Positions 54,095 through 63,670 of a DNA stretch of 64,000 bases are shown here, in pieces. Below the pieces are notes generated by a model. It did no database searches. It had not been told where the DNA came from and worked only from the letters and a program-made list of their open reading frames with translations. The DNA comes from Candidatus Dormiibacterota bacterium. GTDB lineage: Bacteria; Chloroflexota; Dormibacteria; Aeolococcales; Aeolococcaceae. A program made the position numbers and the translations under genes. How positions within the stretch are numbered: the stretch's first letter is position 1; each line of letters begins with the position of its first letter. The stretch covers positions 5,661-69,660 of the forward strand of contig JBAUTG010000066.1 in the NCBI GenBank assembly GCA_049582105.1, given 5' to 3'.

Positions 54095-54735
54095 GCCCGG
54101 TGGTCGGCATCTGCGATTACGGCGTCGGCAACCTGCGGAGCGTCGAGCGCGCGCTGCGCGCGTCCGGTGCGCGGACGCTCACCAGCGATGACCCGGACGC
54201 AATCGCAGGATGCGACGCCCTTGTGCTTCCCGGAGTTGGCGCGTTCGCGATCGCGGCGCGGGCGCTCAACGACACGGGTCTCGGTGGGGCGGTCCGCCAC
54301 GTTGCAGCGACCGGCGTTCCCGTGCTCGGCGTGTGTCTCGGTCATCAGCTCCTCTTTGAGCGGAGCGAGGAAGGGGACAGCGTGCAAGGCCTCGGGCTGC
54401 TCGATGGAAGGGTCGTACGGCTCGTGCCGGGAGACGGCGCCAAGGTGCCGCACATGGGATGGAACACGCTGCTGCCGGTCAGAACGTCAAGGCTCCTGGA
54501 CGGTATCGCGCCCGGGACCTACATGTACTTCGTGCACTCCTATGCCGCAGCGCCCGCACAGGAGGATGTCGTGGCCATGACGGAACACGGCCACCCATTT
54601 GCTGCGGCGGTGGAGCGCGAGAACCTCATGGGCACGCAGTTCCACCCCGAGAAGAGCGGCACCGCCGGCTTGCGCGTCTACGCGAACTTCGTAGCGCTGT
54701 GCGCCGCGCAAACCCCCGTCACCCGAGCCGGCTGA
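54091..54735 (+). CDS. hisH: imidazole glycerol phosphate synthase, glutaminase subunit
   Basis: VVGICDYGVGNLRSV, GVCLGHQLL (catalytic Cys) and QFHPEKS. GTG 54091 overlaps the hisB stop. Confidence 0.9.
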   Translation: MSPVVGICDYGVGNLRSVERALRASGARTLTSDDPDAIAGCDALVLPGVGAFAIAARALNDTGLGGAVRHVAATGVPVLGVCLGHQLLFERSEEGDSVQGLGLLDGRVVRLVPGDGAKVPHMGWNTLLPVRTSRLLDGIAPGTYMYFVHSYAAAPAQEDVVAMTEHGHPFAAAVERENLMGTQFHPEKSGTAGLRVYANFVALCAAQTPVTRAG

Positions 54736-54737
54736 CA

Positions 54738-55469
54738 GTGCTCGTCATCCCGGCGATCGACGTGCTCGAGGGCCGGTGTGTGCGTCTCGCCCGCGGCGAA
54801 TACTCCAATGTGATCGTGTACGACCGCGATCCCGCCGAAGCCGCGCGGCGCTTCCTCGATTGCGGCGTCACACGCGTGCACGTCGTCAACCTCGACGCCG
54901 CGCGTGGGGACCCGGTACGCGAGAGCACCCGCGCCGTCGCACGCGTGGTCTCGGTGTGCGCCGCCGCGAGGTGCGAGGTGGAGGTGGGGGGTGGGGTCCG
55001 CGATGTTGCCTCCGCGCTCGGGTGGCTGGACGCCGGTGCCGCACTGGTGATCCTCGGCAGCGTGGCCGCCCGTGATCCCGAGCTCGCTCAGGCGATCTGC
55101 GAAGTGGCGGGTGGACGAGTCCTGCTCGGACTCGATGTCCGCGACGGCGTCGCGCGCGTACACGGCTGGACGGAGGACGGCGAGGTCGCGGTGGAGTTGC
55201 TGCGCACCTGGAGCGGTTGGGGCGCGGCGGGTGTCGTGTACACGGACACGACTCGCGATGGGCTCCTGAGCGGCCCGGACCTCGAAGGCCTGCAACGCTA
55301 TCGCGCTGTGTACGGCGGTCCGCTGTACCTGTCCGGCGGGGTCAGCCGCCTCGAGGACCTCACCGCCTGCGCGGCGGCCGGCGTTGATGGGGTCGTGGTC
55401 GGCAAGGCGCTCTACGAAGGTCGAGTCGATCTCGTCGCGGCGCTCCGCGCCGTAGCGGAACCGGCCTGA
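54738..55469 (+). CDS. hisA: ProFAR isomerase (HisA, or bifunctional PriA type)
   Basis: [16 protein letters not shown]-terminus, (beta/alpha)8 pattern, [11 protein letters not shown]. Confidence 0.85.
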   Translation: MLVIPAIDVLEGRCVRLARGEYSNVIVYDRDPAEAARRFLDCGVTRVHVVNLDAARGDPVRESTRAVARVVSVCAAARCEVEVGGGVRDVASALGWLDAGAALVILGSVAARDPELAQAICEVAGGRVLLGLDVRDGVARVHGWTEDGEVAVELLRTWSGWGAAGVVYTDTTRDGLLSGPDLEGLQRYRAVYGGPLYLSGGVSRLEDLTACAAAGVDGVVVGKALYEGRVDLVAALRAVAEPA

Positions 55470-56227
55470 TGGCACTCGCGAAGCGCGTCATCCCCTGCCT
55501 GGATGTGACGGCGGGGAGGGTGGTCAAGGGCGTCGCTTTCGTCGACCTTCGCGATGCCGGTGACCCCGCCGAGCTCGCGGCCAGATATGACCAGGAGGGT
55601 GCCGACGAACTGGTCTTTCTCGATATCACCGCGTCGAGTGATGACCGCGCGATTCTGCTCGACGTCGTGCGTCGCACGGCCGATCGGGTCTTCATCCCCA
55701 TGACAGTCGGTGGAGGAGTTCGCAGCATCGACGACGTCGACGCGCTGTTGCGTGCAGGGGCCGACAAGGTGTCGCTGAACACGGCCGCGCTCGCCAGGCC
55801 GGCGCTCATCGAGGAGGCAGCGAATATCTTCGGGTCGCAGTGCGTCGTCGTCGCAGTCGACTCCCGGCGGACCGACGGCCGCCATGCCGTGCACGTTCGC
55901 GGCGGGCGCGTCGACACGGGACGTGACGCGATCGCATGGGCGGTCGAGGCCGTGGAGCGTGGCGCCGGGGAGATCCTGGTCACGTCGATGGATCGCGACG
56001 GCACCGGCAACGGCTATGACCTCGAGTTGACTGCCGCGGTGTCGTCAGCCGTCACGGTGCCCGTCATCGCCAGTGGCGGCGCCGGCGAGCCGGAGCACCT
56101 CCGCCTCGCGTTCACCGACGGCGGTGCGGACGCCGCGCTCGCCGCGTCGATCTTCCACTTCGACGCGCACCCGATCCCCGAGACCAAGCGATATCTCCGC
56201 GATCATGGCGTGGAGGTGCGTGTGTGA
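55469..56227 (+). CDS. hisF: imidazole glycerol phosphate synthase, cyclase subunit
   Basis: KRVIPCLDV ... [11 protein letters not shown] ... ASGGAG motifs. Confidence 0.9.
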   Translation: MALAKRVIPCLDVTAGRVVKGVAFVDLRDAGDPAELAARYDQEGADELVFLDITASSDDRAILLDVVRRTADRVFIPMTVGGGVRSIDDVDALLRAGADKVSLNTAALARPALIEEAANIFGSQCVVVAVDSRRTDGRHAVHVRGGRVDTGRDAIAWAVEAVERGAGEILVTSMDRDGTGNGYDLELTAAVSSAVTVPVIASGGAGEPEHLRLAFTDGGADAALAASIFHFDAHPIPETKRYLRDHGVEVRV

Positions 56228-56547
56228 GCGATGAGGCCGCGCCGCGATTCGGCGATGACGGGCTGATCACCGCGGTGCTGCAGGACGCGGCCACATCGGA
56301 CGTGCTGATGGTGGGCCACATGAACCACGAAGCCTGGAGCGCCACCCTGCGCAGCGGACGGGCCACGTTCTTCAGTCGCTCCCGGCAGCGTCTCTGGGAG
56401 AAGGGGGAGACGAGTGGCAACACGATGCACGTCCAGGAGATCCGCATCGACTGTGACGGCGACGCGGTGCTCCTCCGCGTCGAACCCGACGGCCCGGCGT
56501 GCCACACCGGCGAGCGAAGCTGCTTCTTCCGATCGATCACTCGCTGA
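56224..56547 (+). CDS. hisI: phosphoribosyl-AMP cyclohydrolase (monofunctional; no HisE domain)
   Basis: 107 aa. [16 protein letters not shown] ... DCDGDAVL ... CHTGERSCF. Confidence 0.9.
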   Translation: MSDEAAPRFGDDGLITAVLQDAATSDVLMVGHMNHEAWSATLRSGRATFFSRSRQRLWEKGETSGNTMHVQEIRIDCDGDAVLLRVEPDGPACHTGERSCFFRSITR

Positions 56548-56576
56548 ATACCAGAGGTAGGTCGCGCGGAGGGGTG

Positions 56577-58046
56577 TCAGAGCGCGGCGCCCGGCAGGTC
56601 GGGCCCGACGATGCGTGTGCCGGTGAAGAAACGGAGCAGGTCGGCGTTGCCGTGACCGCCGATGCCGCTTCCGTTCCAGAAGCTCTGCGCCGACTCGGGG
56701 CTCAGGTCGAGCACGCTCGCGCCGTTGATCTTCACCTCGCCCGCGGCCACACGCGCGCCGAGCGCGACGCCGGCCTGGACGTCGGCAGTGAAGACGTAGG
56801 CGGCGAGCCCGCCCGCGAGATGAGCGGCGAGCTCCAGCGCCTGCGCCTCATCCTGGACGGCATGCAGGACGAGCACCGGCCCGAAGATCTCCTCGATCGT
56901 GTCGGCCGGGCGCGCGCCGGTGACGACGACCGGGCGAACGAAGCATCCGCGTGACGGGTGATCGGTGAACGCGATGTGCGCCGTCGCGCCAAGGGTTTCC
57001 AGGCGCCGGACGTCGCCGGTCACGGCGTCAGCCTGCTGCCGGTTCGCCTGCGGGCCAAAGGTCGTTGCCGGGTCGAGGCACGATCCGGGTCGCAGACGAC
57101 CGATGGCGGCACGCAAGGCGTCGAGCAGCGCATCGTGCAGCTGTGCAGCCACGAACACGGTGCCCGGACGCTCGCACCACTGCCCGTTGAGCTTGGTGAA
57201 GCCGAGCGCAAGTGCTTCCGCGGCTGCGTTGACGTCCGCATCCGCGCACACGATCGCGGGATTGTTGCTCCCGCATTCGAGCTGCAGCGCTTTCAGGTCC
57301 TGCGCGGCTGCCGAGGCGACAGACCGTCCCGCCCTCCGGCTTCCCGTGAATGTGAGACACCGCACGCGCCTGTCCGACGCGAGGGTCATCCCCACCTCGG
57401 CCTCGCCGTGCAGGATTTGAAAGAGTGCCCGTGGGGCGTCGTGCGCTGCGATGGTTTCCGCCATCGCGGTCGCAAGAAGTCCCGCAGAGTGCGGCGAGTG
57501 CTGCGATGGTTTCAGGAGAACCGGGCACCCCGCCGCGAGCGCGTACGCACTCTTCTTCACCGCGGTGAACCCCGGAGCGTTGAAGGGCGCGAGGACGGCC
57601 GCAGGCCCCCACGGCAGGCGCAGCAGATGGGCGTCGCCACCCGGAGACGGGAGCACGCGTTCGCGCATCAGGGTGTGCGCATGCTCGACGGCATCCCGCA
57701 CGATGCCGGCCAGCGCTGCGGCGAACATCCCGGTCACCGCGATCGGCACGCCACTGTCGAATGCGTCCGCGGCGGCGAACTCGTCGCGCATGTCATCCAG
57801 GCGGTTCGCAAGGTCAAGGAGCAGCACGGCGCGTTCGTCGATCGGGCATTCCGCCCAGCGCCCCGCGGCGTGATCGCGCGCGGCTGCGGCGAGCGCGCGC
57901 TCGACCGTCTCCGCGGTCGACGTCGCGGAGCGCGCCAGTTCCTCACCGGTGTCCGGGTCCACGAGCGGGACGCCATCCAACGGTGCATCGATCCACTCGC
58001 CGTCGACCAGGTCGCGTTGCGGCGGCAGCGGCGGCCGGTCGGTCAC
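56577..58046 (-). CDS. NAD(P)-dependent aldehyde dehydrogenase
   Basis: FTGSRRAG, LECGSNNP (catalytic Glu) and NGQWCERP (catalytic Cys); 489 aa. Confidence 0.85.
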   Translation of the reverse strand: MTDRPPLPPQRDLVDGEWIDAPLDGVPLVDPDTGEELARSATSTAETVERALAAAARDHAAGRWAECPIDERAVLLLDLANRLDDMRDEFAAADAFDSGVPIAVTGMFAAALAGIVRDAVEHAHTLMRERVLPSPGGDAHLLRLPWGPAAVLAPFNAPGFTAVKKSAYALAAGCPVLLKPSQHSPHSAGLLATAMAETIAAHDAPRALFQILHGEAEVGMTLASDRRVRCLTFTGSRRAGRSVASAAAQDLKALQLECGSNNPAIVCADADVNAAAEALALGFTKLNGQWCERPGTVFVAAQLHDALLDALRAAIGRLRPGSCLDPATTFGPQANRQQADAVTGDVRRLETLGATAHIAFTDHPSRGCFVRPVVVTGARPADTIEEIFGPVLVLHAVQDEAQALELAAHLAGGLAAYVFTADVQAGVALGARVAAGEVKINGASVLDLSPESAQSFWNGSGIGGHGNADLLRFFTGTRIVGPDLPGAAL

Positions 58047-58047
58047 G

Positions 58048-59403
58048 TCAGATGGTGTCCAGGTACCGTTCGCGCTCCCAATCCGTCACCGAGCGCATGA
58101 AGTCGCGCCACTCATACTCGGCAAGCGCGTGATAGTGCTTCACGACGTCCTCGCCGAACGCATGGTTGGCAAAGGTGCTGTGCCGCATCGCCTCGGCCGC
58201 GGCGAGCAGCGTGTCCGGCAGGGCGCTCGGTACGCGCTCGTACGCGTCCCCGATGCTGGGAGGGCCGGGATCGAGCCGGCTGTCGATGCCGTCGCGCATC
58301 GATGCGAGCAGGCCGGCGAGGGCGAGATATGGGTTGACGTCGGCGCCCGGAAGACGGAACTCGAGACGCGTCGCCATCGGTGCGCCCGTGAGCACGCGCG
58401 TCGTGACCGTCCGATTGTCGAAGCCCCAGGTGAGGCCATTGCCGGCGAAGTCCTGGCTCGAAGTGCGGCGGTATGCGTTGATGCTCGGTGCGTACCAGCA
58501 CATCAGGTCGCCGGCGTGGGCGAGCACTCCTCCCACCGCGTGACGCATGACGTCGCTGATGCCCCGTTCGCCTGCCTCGTCGTGAAAGACGGCAGCGCCC
58601 GACGCATTCCGGAGTGATGCGTGAATGTGGCAGGAGGAGCCGAGATCGCCGGTCATCGGCCGCGGCATGAAGGTCGCCGTGTATCCGTTGCGGGTGGCGT
58701 GGTCCTTCACCGCCTGCTTGTAGAGGACGTGCCGGTCGGCCATCTCCAGTGGATCCGCGTACTCGAGGTTGATCTCCCACTGTCCGAGGCCGTACTCCAC
58801 CTGTGCGACGTCCACCGGGACGCCGCTCTCATCGAGTGCTCGCCGGAGTCCCTGGAAGAAGGCCTCCATCGTGTTGCCTTCGGTGATGTTGTAGTCGGCG
58901 TGCACGTCCGTGGTCGGCACCATCGATCGATAGCCGCCGGCGCGAAGTTCGCTCGGGGTGCCGCGATAGAGATAGAACTCGAGCTCCGTCGCAGTGAATG
59001 CCTGCAGCCGGCAGTCCCCGACTGCGGCGACCTGACGTCGCAGAATGGTGCGAGGCGCGATCGGAAGGGGTGCGCGGTCATGTTCGTCGACGCAGTCGGC
59101 GAGGCAGATCGCCGTGTTCTCGAGCCAGGCCGCGCGACGCAGCGTCGCGAGATCCGGAACCAGCCCGAAGTCGTGCCAGCCCGTGTGCGCGCCGGCGAAA
59201 TCAACGCGGAGTCCCTCGAGCGATTGCGCCATGTCCCACGCGAAGACGCAGGTGCAGATGTGCAGTCCCTCGTCGATCTTGTGCGCGAACACGCGTGGGC
59301 TCATTCGTTTGCCGAACATCCTTCCCTGGATGTCCGTGCCGGCGATGATGACCGTGTCGATGCCGAGACGCTCGAGGTCGCCGATCTCGAGGCGGTCGGT
59401 CAT
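58048..59403 (-). CDS. glutamine-synthetase-family gamma-glutamyl-amine ligase (PuuA/GlnA4-like)
   Basis: TELEFYLY and EYGLGQWEINLEY motifs; 451 aa from ATG 59403, with an ATGA overlap with the SDR stop. The listed 149-codon 5' extension is Arg-rich. Confidence 0.8.
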   Translation of the reverse strand: MTDRLEIGDLERLGIDTVIIAGTDIQGRMFGKRMSPRVFAHKIDEGLHICTCVFAWDMAQSLEGLRVDFAGAHTGWHDFGLVPDLATLRRAAWLENTAICLADCVDEHDRAPLPIAPRTILRRQVAAVGDCRLQAFTATELEFYLYRGTPSELRAGGYRSMVPTTDVHADYNITEGNTMEAFFQGLRRALDESGVPVDVAQVEYGLGQWEINLEYADPLEMADRHVLYKQAVKDHATRNGYTATFMPRPMTGDLGSSCHIHASLRNASGAAVFHDEAGERGISDVMRHAVGGVLAHAGDLMCWYAPSINAYRRTSSQDFAGNGLTWGFDNRTVTTRVLTGAPMATRLEFRLPGADVNPYLALAGLLASMRDGIDSRLDPGPPSIGDAYERVPSALPDTLLAAAEAMRHSTFANHAFGEDVVKHYHALAEYEWRDFMRSVTDWERERYLDTI

Positions 59404-60179
59404 CGCGCGAGCCACCCGCCGTCGACGACGAGCTGCGTGCCGGTGATGAACGTTGCATCGTCGGAGAGCAGGAACGACACCGCGGCGGCGATGTCCTCCG
59501 GCTGTCCCATCCGCTTCACGAGTAGCCGGTCGAGCACGACACTCGGGATCTCGAAATGGTTCGGGTCGACGCCGGGGATGAAGCCTGTCTGCACGGGCCC
59601 CGGTGCCACCGCGTTGACTCGAGTTCCCTGCGCAGCCAGCTCGACGGCGCAGGCTTTCGTGAGCATCTTCACGCCGCCCTTGCTCGCGTTGTAGTGCGGC
59701 TGCGCAAACCCGCTCGACGACACGACCACCTCTGCTTCGACGGTGGACAGATTGACGATCGCGCTCGGCGTGCTCAGCGCCAGCATCGGCGCCGCCACCT
59801 GGGTGACGATGAACTGGCCTTTCAGGTTCACGTCGAGGACGAGGTCCCACTCCTCGTCGGTGAGATCCTTGAGGGAGCTCATGGTCACCAGACCCGCGTT
59901 GTTGACCACGTAGTTGATGTGACCCCAGCGCGCGACCGTCTGTTCGAGTCCCGCCTGCACGCCTGCGCGATCACGCACGTCAACGCACATCGCGAGGGCG
60001 TCGTGGCCCTGCGCCACGATCGATGCGGCCGTGGCCTCGGCACTCTCGGTCCGGGCATCGCTGCATGCGACCCCGGATCCCTCCGCGGCAAGACGATGTG
60101 CGATCGCCCTGCCGATGCCAGACCCGGCACCGGTGACGAAAGCGACGCGACCGGCGTGCCGCGCGACCTCCGGGTTCAG
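59400..60179 (-). CDS. short-chain dehydrogenase/reductase, probably initiating at CTG 60179
   Basis: YNASKGG catalytic motif. The Rossmann motif RVAFVTGAGSGIGRAIA is encoded in-frame at 60149-60099, upstream of the first canonical start (GTG 60017). The only plausible start is CTG 60179-60177, which overlaps the pip TGA. Confidence 0.7.
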   Translation of the reverse strand: MNPEVARHAGRVAFVTGAGSGIGRAIAHRLAAEGSGVACSDARTESAEATAASIVAQGHDALAMCVDVRDRAGVQAGLEQTVARWGHINYVVNNAGLVTMSSLKDLTDEEWDLVLDVNLKGQFIVTQVAAPMLALSTPSAIVNLSTVEAEVVVSSSGFAQPHYNASKGGVKMLTKACAVELAAQGTRVNAVAPGPVQTGFIPGVDPNHFEIPSVVLDRLLVKRMGQPEDIAAAVSFLLSDDATFITGTQLVVDGGWLAR

Positions 60180-61144
60180 CTCGACGCCGCCGCGCTGCCG
60201 TGATCGACGTCGTTGATGAAGTCGATGAGGCCTCGGAAGTAGGTGGTCGGGTCGTCGTACATCGCCATGTGACCGGCGTTGTGACAGAGCACGAATCGCC
60301 CGTTCGGGAAGCGGTGGGCCATCTGCTCCATGTGCACCGGATCCATCGTGTCGTCGGTTGCGCCGATCACGAGCGTCGGCACGTGGATGTCCTTCTGCGA
60401 CTCGGTGCGATCCCAGTCAGCGAGCAGACCGCTCGCACCGAGCTCGCTCGGACCCTGCATCGGCACGTAGATCGACCGGTTGACGTGCCCGAAGGAGCGC
60501 GTGACCGGCTCGGGCCACTCCTCGAGCGGCTTGCGCAACACGTGCGCCATGTAATGGTCGTCGAGGAGTGCCATGTACTCCGGGGTCTCGGTGTCGCCGC
60601 TTGCCTCGAGGCTCTTGATCTTCGCGAGCTGCTCCTGATCCATCGCCGGCATGAGCACCGTGCGCGCGTACTCGTTGTACGCGGGAATGCTCGACATCAT
60701 GCTCGAGATGACGAGCCCCTTCAGATGCTGCTGGTGCTTGAGCGCGTACTCGGTCGCGAGGATGCCGCCCCACGAGTGGCCCAACAGGAAGAAGTTCCCG
60801 GAGTCGAGACCGAGCGCGACGCGCACCTGCTCCACCTCATCGACGAAGCGATCGATCTGCCACAGGTCCGGGTCGTCGGGTTGGTCGCTGTAGAACGAGC
60901 CCAGCTGGTCGTAGTAGTAGTACTCGATGCCGGCGGCGGGGAGGAAGCTGTCGAAGATCTCGAAGTACTCGTGGGTGGCCGCGGGGCCGCCGTGCAGGAG
61001 CAGCAGCTTGGCCGTCGGGTTGTTGCCGGCCCGCTTGGTCCAGACGTGAAAGTCGCCCTTTGGTGTCTTCAACGGGATCATCTTCACGCCGCCCGAGAGG
61101 ATGTCGTCCCTGCCTGAGTTGTCGAGGTACGTCGCAGCGTTCAT
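60176..61144 (-). CDS. proline iminopeptidase-type alpha/beta hydrolase (S33)
   Basis: LLLLHGGPA and the GHSWGG nucleophile elbow; 322 aa from ATG 61144 behind AGGAG. The listed upstream 261 codons are a shadow extension. Confidence 0.8.
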   Translation of the reverse strand: MNAATYLDNSGRDDILSGGVKMIPLKTPKGDFHVWTKRAGNNPTAKLLLLHGGPAATHEYFEIFDSFLPAAGIEYYYYDQLGSFYSDQPDDPDLWQIDRFVDEVEQVRVALGLDSGNFFLLGHSWGGILATEYALKHQQHLKGLVISSMMSSIPAYNEYARTVLMPAMDQEQLAKIKSLEASGDTETPEYMALLDDHYMAHVLRKPLEEWPEPVTRSFGHVNRSIYVPMQGPSELGASGLLADWDRTESQKDIHVPTLVIGATDDTMDPVHMEQMAHRFPNGRFVLCHNAGHMAMYDDPTTYFRGLIDFINDVDHGSAAASS

Positions 61145-61372
61145 CGGCACTCCTGTGGGCTGATGCTGGAAGTCGTTGCACCCACAGGGTAGCCACGGGA
61201 CCGACAGCGACGCAATCGGTCCACCCGACCCCTTGGCAATCGTCCGGGCAAGACGGCATACTGCGTGCCGTCGTACCGACGTACGGGAATGAGTCCACCT
61301 GTGCAGGCTGTAGCACACCCTGCGACCGGTCGCCCGCGTCCGCCCTTGGCTCACATGTAGGGGAGTACTTGG

Positions 61373-62872
61373 ATGAGCATTGCTGATCCCGGCCATGCAC
61401 TGGTTCGCAACGCAGTGTCCGCGCGGGGGGTTCTGTTCCAGTCGGTGACCACCATGGGCCCCGGCGTCGGGCTCGCCTTCTCGATCGGCGTGGGTGCAGG
61501 CTTCGCCGGGGGTGGCTTGACCCTCTCGGTGATCATCGCGCTGATCGCATGCCTGCTCGTGGCGTTCAGCATCGGTCAGCTCGCCCAGCATCTCCCTTCC
61601 GCCGGCGGTCCCGCGGCGTACGCAGCGCGTGGTCTCCACCCGATCGTGGGTGCGATCGTCGCCTGGGGATACAGCTTCACCTACCTGCTCGCATTGCCGT
61701 TCCTGGCACTGCTCATGGGCTTCTTTCCGGCGGGCATTCTCGTGACGCAGTTCGGCTGGGACTTCGGGGTCTCCTGGGTGGCCTGCGCGATGCTCGGGCT
61801 CGCGATCAGCTTCGTCATCAACTACGGGGGCATCAAGGAGAACACCCGGGTCGGTGTGGTCCTCGGGGCGTTCGAGATCGCAGCCTTCACCGCCCTGGCG
61901 ATCACCCTGATCGTCGTCGGCAAGCACAACGGCATTGACAACCTCAGCACGAAATACGCCAACGTCCCGGGGTTCGTGGGAATCTCGGGCGTGTTCGCCG
62001 GATCGGTCTACGCGATCCTGGCGTTCATCGGCTTCGACGCTGCGGCACCGCTCGGTGAGGAGGCGAGAAACCCGAAGCGCGCAGTGAAGTTCGCCGTCAT
62101 CGGATCAGCCCTCATGGTGGGTGTCTACTACCTGTTCGCGATGTATGGCGCCGAGGCGTACCTCGGCCCGCAGGGTTTCTCCACCTTCGGCACGCTCAAC
62201 AGCAGCGACCCGTGGATCCTGCTGGCAAAGGACGTGTGGGGGATCGGATGGCTGATCATCCTGCTCGCCCTGCTCAACAGCGCGGTCGCGAACACCAACG
62301 GGATCGCCAACGCATCGACCCGCGTGTTCTGGGCACTTGGTCGCGCGCGCATCCTGCCGAAGGCGCTCTCGGACACGCATCCCCGGCTCGGGACACCGCG
62401 CGTCGCGACGATCGGGATCTTCGCGCTCGCCGTCATTCTCACGGTGTGGCTCGGTGAGGCGTACACGCCGACGGTCGCGTACGGGCTGCTCGGCACCATG
62501 GTCGTCGGCCTCGTCATCCCGATCTACATGATCCTGAACGTCGCGAGCTTCGGCTACTACTGGCGCTACGCTCGCTCGGACTTCAATGTGGTGAAGCACG
62601 TGGTGATCCCGGTGCTGGGCGTTGCCGCGTTCGTCTTCCCGTTCCTTGCGGGCCTGGGCCTGGCTGTCGTCTCGTTCATCGCGCCGCTCACGCCGCCGAT
62701 CAGCTATGCCGGCCCGGTCGTCATCGCGCTCTACGTGATCGGGCTCGTCGTCGTCGTCTATCACTGGTCCACACACCCGGACCGCGTCGTCGCGATGGGA
62801 GAGACGCTCGGTGACGATGGGAGCATGGACACGGGGACCGCGCCGGCTGCCGTGGGTGCCGGGGCAGGCTGA
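61373..62872 (+). CDS. APC-superfamily amino acid / amine permease
   Basis: 499 aa, about 12 hydrophobic helices, APC-like sequence; GGGGAG RBS. Confidence 0.8.
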   Translation: MSIADPGHALVRNAVSARGVLFQSVTTMGPGVGLAFSIGVGAGFAGGGLTLSVIIALIACLLVAFSIGQLAQHLPSAGGPAAYAARGLHPIVGAIVAWGYSFTYLLALPFLALLMGFFPAGILVTQFGWDFGVSWVACAMLGLAISFVINYGGIKENTRVGVVLGAFEIAAFTALAITLIVVGKHNGIDNLSTKYANVPGFVGISGVFAGSVYAILAFIGFDAAAPLGEEARNPKRAVKFAVIGSALMVGVYYLFAMYGAEAYLGPQGFSTFGTLNSSDPWILLAKDVWGIGWLIILLALLNSAVANTNGIANASTRVFWALGRARILPKALSDTHPRLGTPRVATIGIFALAVILTVWLGEAYTPTVAYGLLGTMVVGLVIPIYMILNVASFGYYWRYARSDFNVVKHVVIPVLGVAAFVFPFLAGLGLAVVSFIAPLTPPISYAGPVVIALYVIGLVVVVYHWSTHPDRVVAMGETLGDDGSMDTGTAPAAVGAGAG

Positions 62873-62873
62873 C

Positions 62874-63653
62874 ATGGGCCGGCTCGACGGCAAGGTCGCT
62901 GTCGTGACCGGGGCAGGCAGCGGTATCGGTCGGGGCATCGCCACGGTGTTCGCCGCCGAGGGCGCGCAGGTGCTCGCGGCGGATCGGGATGCGCAGGGAC
63001 TGGAGGAGACCCTGCGCCGCGCCAACGCGTCCTCGCCCTCCGGCTCCGGCTCGATTGAGACGGTGGTGGCGGACATCTCCGACGAGGCGCAGGTGCAAGG
63101 CCTGGTCGACCGCGCCGAATCCACGTGGGGCAAGCTCACCACCTGGTGCTCGAACGCGGGTATCTCGATGGCCGGGACCCTCGAGGAGACCAGTCTCGCC
63201 GACCTGGAGCGAATCTTCGCGGTCAATGTCCGCGGGCCGTTTCTCGGCGCGAAGTGCGCGATCCCCGCGATGCGACGCGCCGGTGGCGGGAGCATCATCA
63301 ACACCGGGTCGGTGAACAGCTTTCTCGCCGAGCACGCGCTCTGCGCGTACACGACGAGCAAGGGTGCGGTGCTCATGCTGACCAAGAGCATCGCCCTCGA
63401 CTACGCGGCGGAGGGCATCCGGTGCAATTGCCTGTGCCCGGGATTCGTCGACACGCCGATCAACATCCCGCACTACAACCGGTTGGGCGGTATCGACAAG
63501 ATCCGGGCCTCACTGCCGGAATGGATCCCGGCCGGCAGGGGAGGAGAGCCGGAGGAGATGGCCTACATGGCGCTCTTCCTGGCGAGCGATGACAGCCGTT
63601 ACGTGAACGGCACCGCAATGGTGGTCGACGGCGGCCTGAGCGCCGGGGCCTGA
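62874..63653 (+). CDS. short-chain dehydrogenase/reductase (SDR)
   Basis: GKVAVVTGAGSGIGRGIA and YTTSKGA motifs. ATG 62874 lies 2 nt after the permease stop. Confidence 0.85.
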   Translation: MGRLDGKVAVVTGAGSGIGRGIATVFAAEGAQVLAADRDAQGLEETLRRANASSPSGSGSIETVVADISDEAQVQGLVDRAESTWGKLTTWCSNAGISMAGTLEETSLADLERIFAVNVRGPFLGAKCAIPAMRRAGGGSIINTGSVNSFLAEHALCAYTTSKGAVLMLTKSIALDYAAEGIRCNCLCPGFVDTPINIPHYNRLGGIDKIRASLPEWIPAGRGGEPEEMAYMALFLASDDSRYVNGTAMVVDGGLSAGA

Positions 63654-63670
63654 GCGAGGAGAATTTCGAG

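Noticed and set aside
62105-63391. 428-aa minus-strand ORF over the APC permease / SDR junction; similar long antisense ORFs at 24906-26096, 26232-27389, 33135-34289, 46737-47837, 56958-58100, 58621-59694, 60200-61117, 15267-16283, 9900-10850 and 5323-6237
   Set aside because: All lie opposite genes with strong motifs and have Arg/Asp/Pro-rich, motif-free translations. They are shadow frames.
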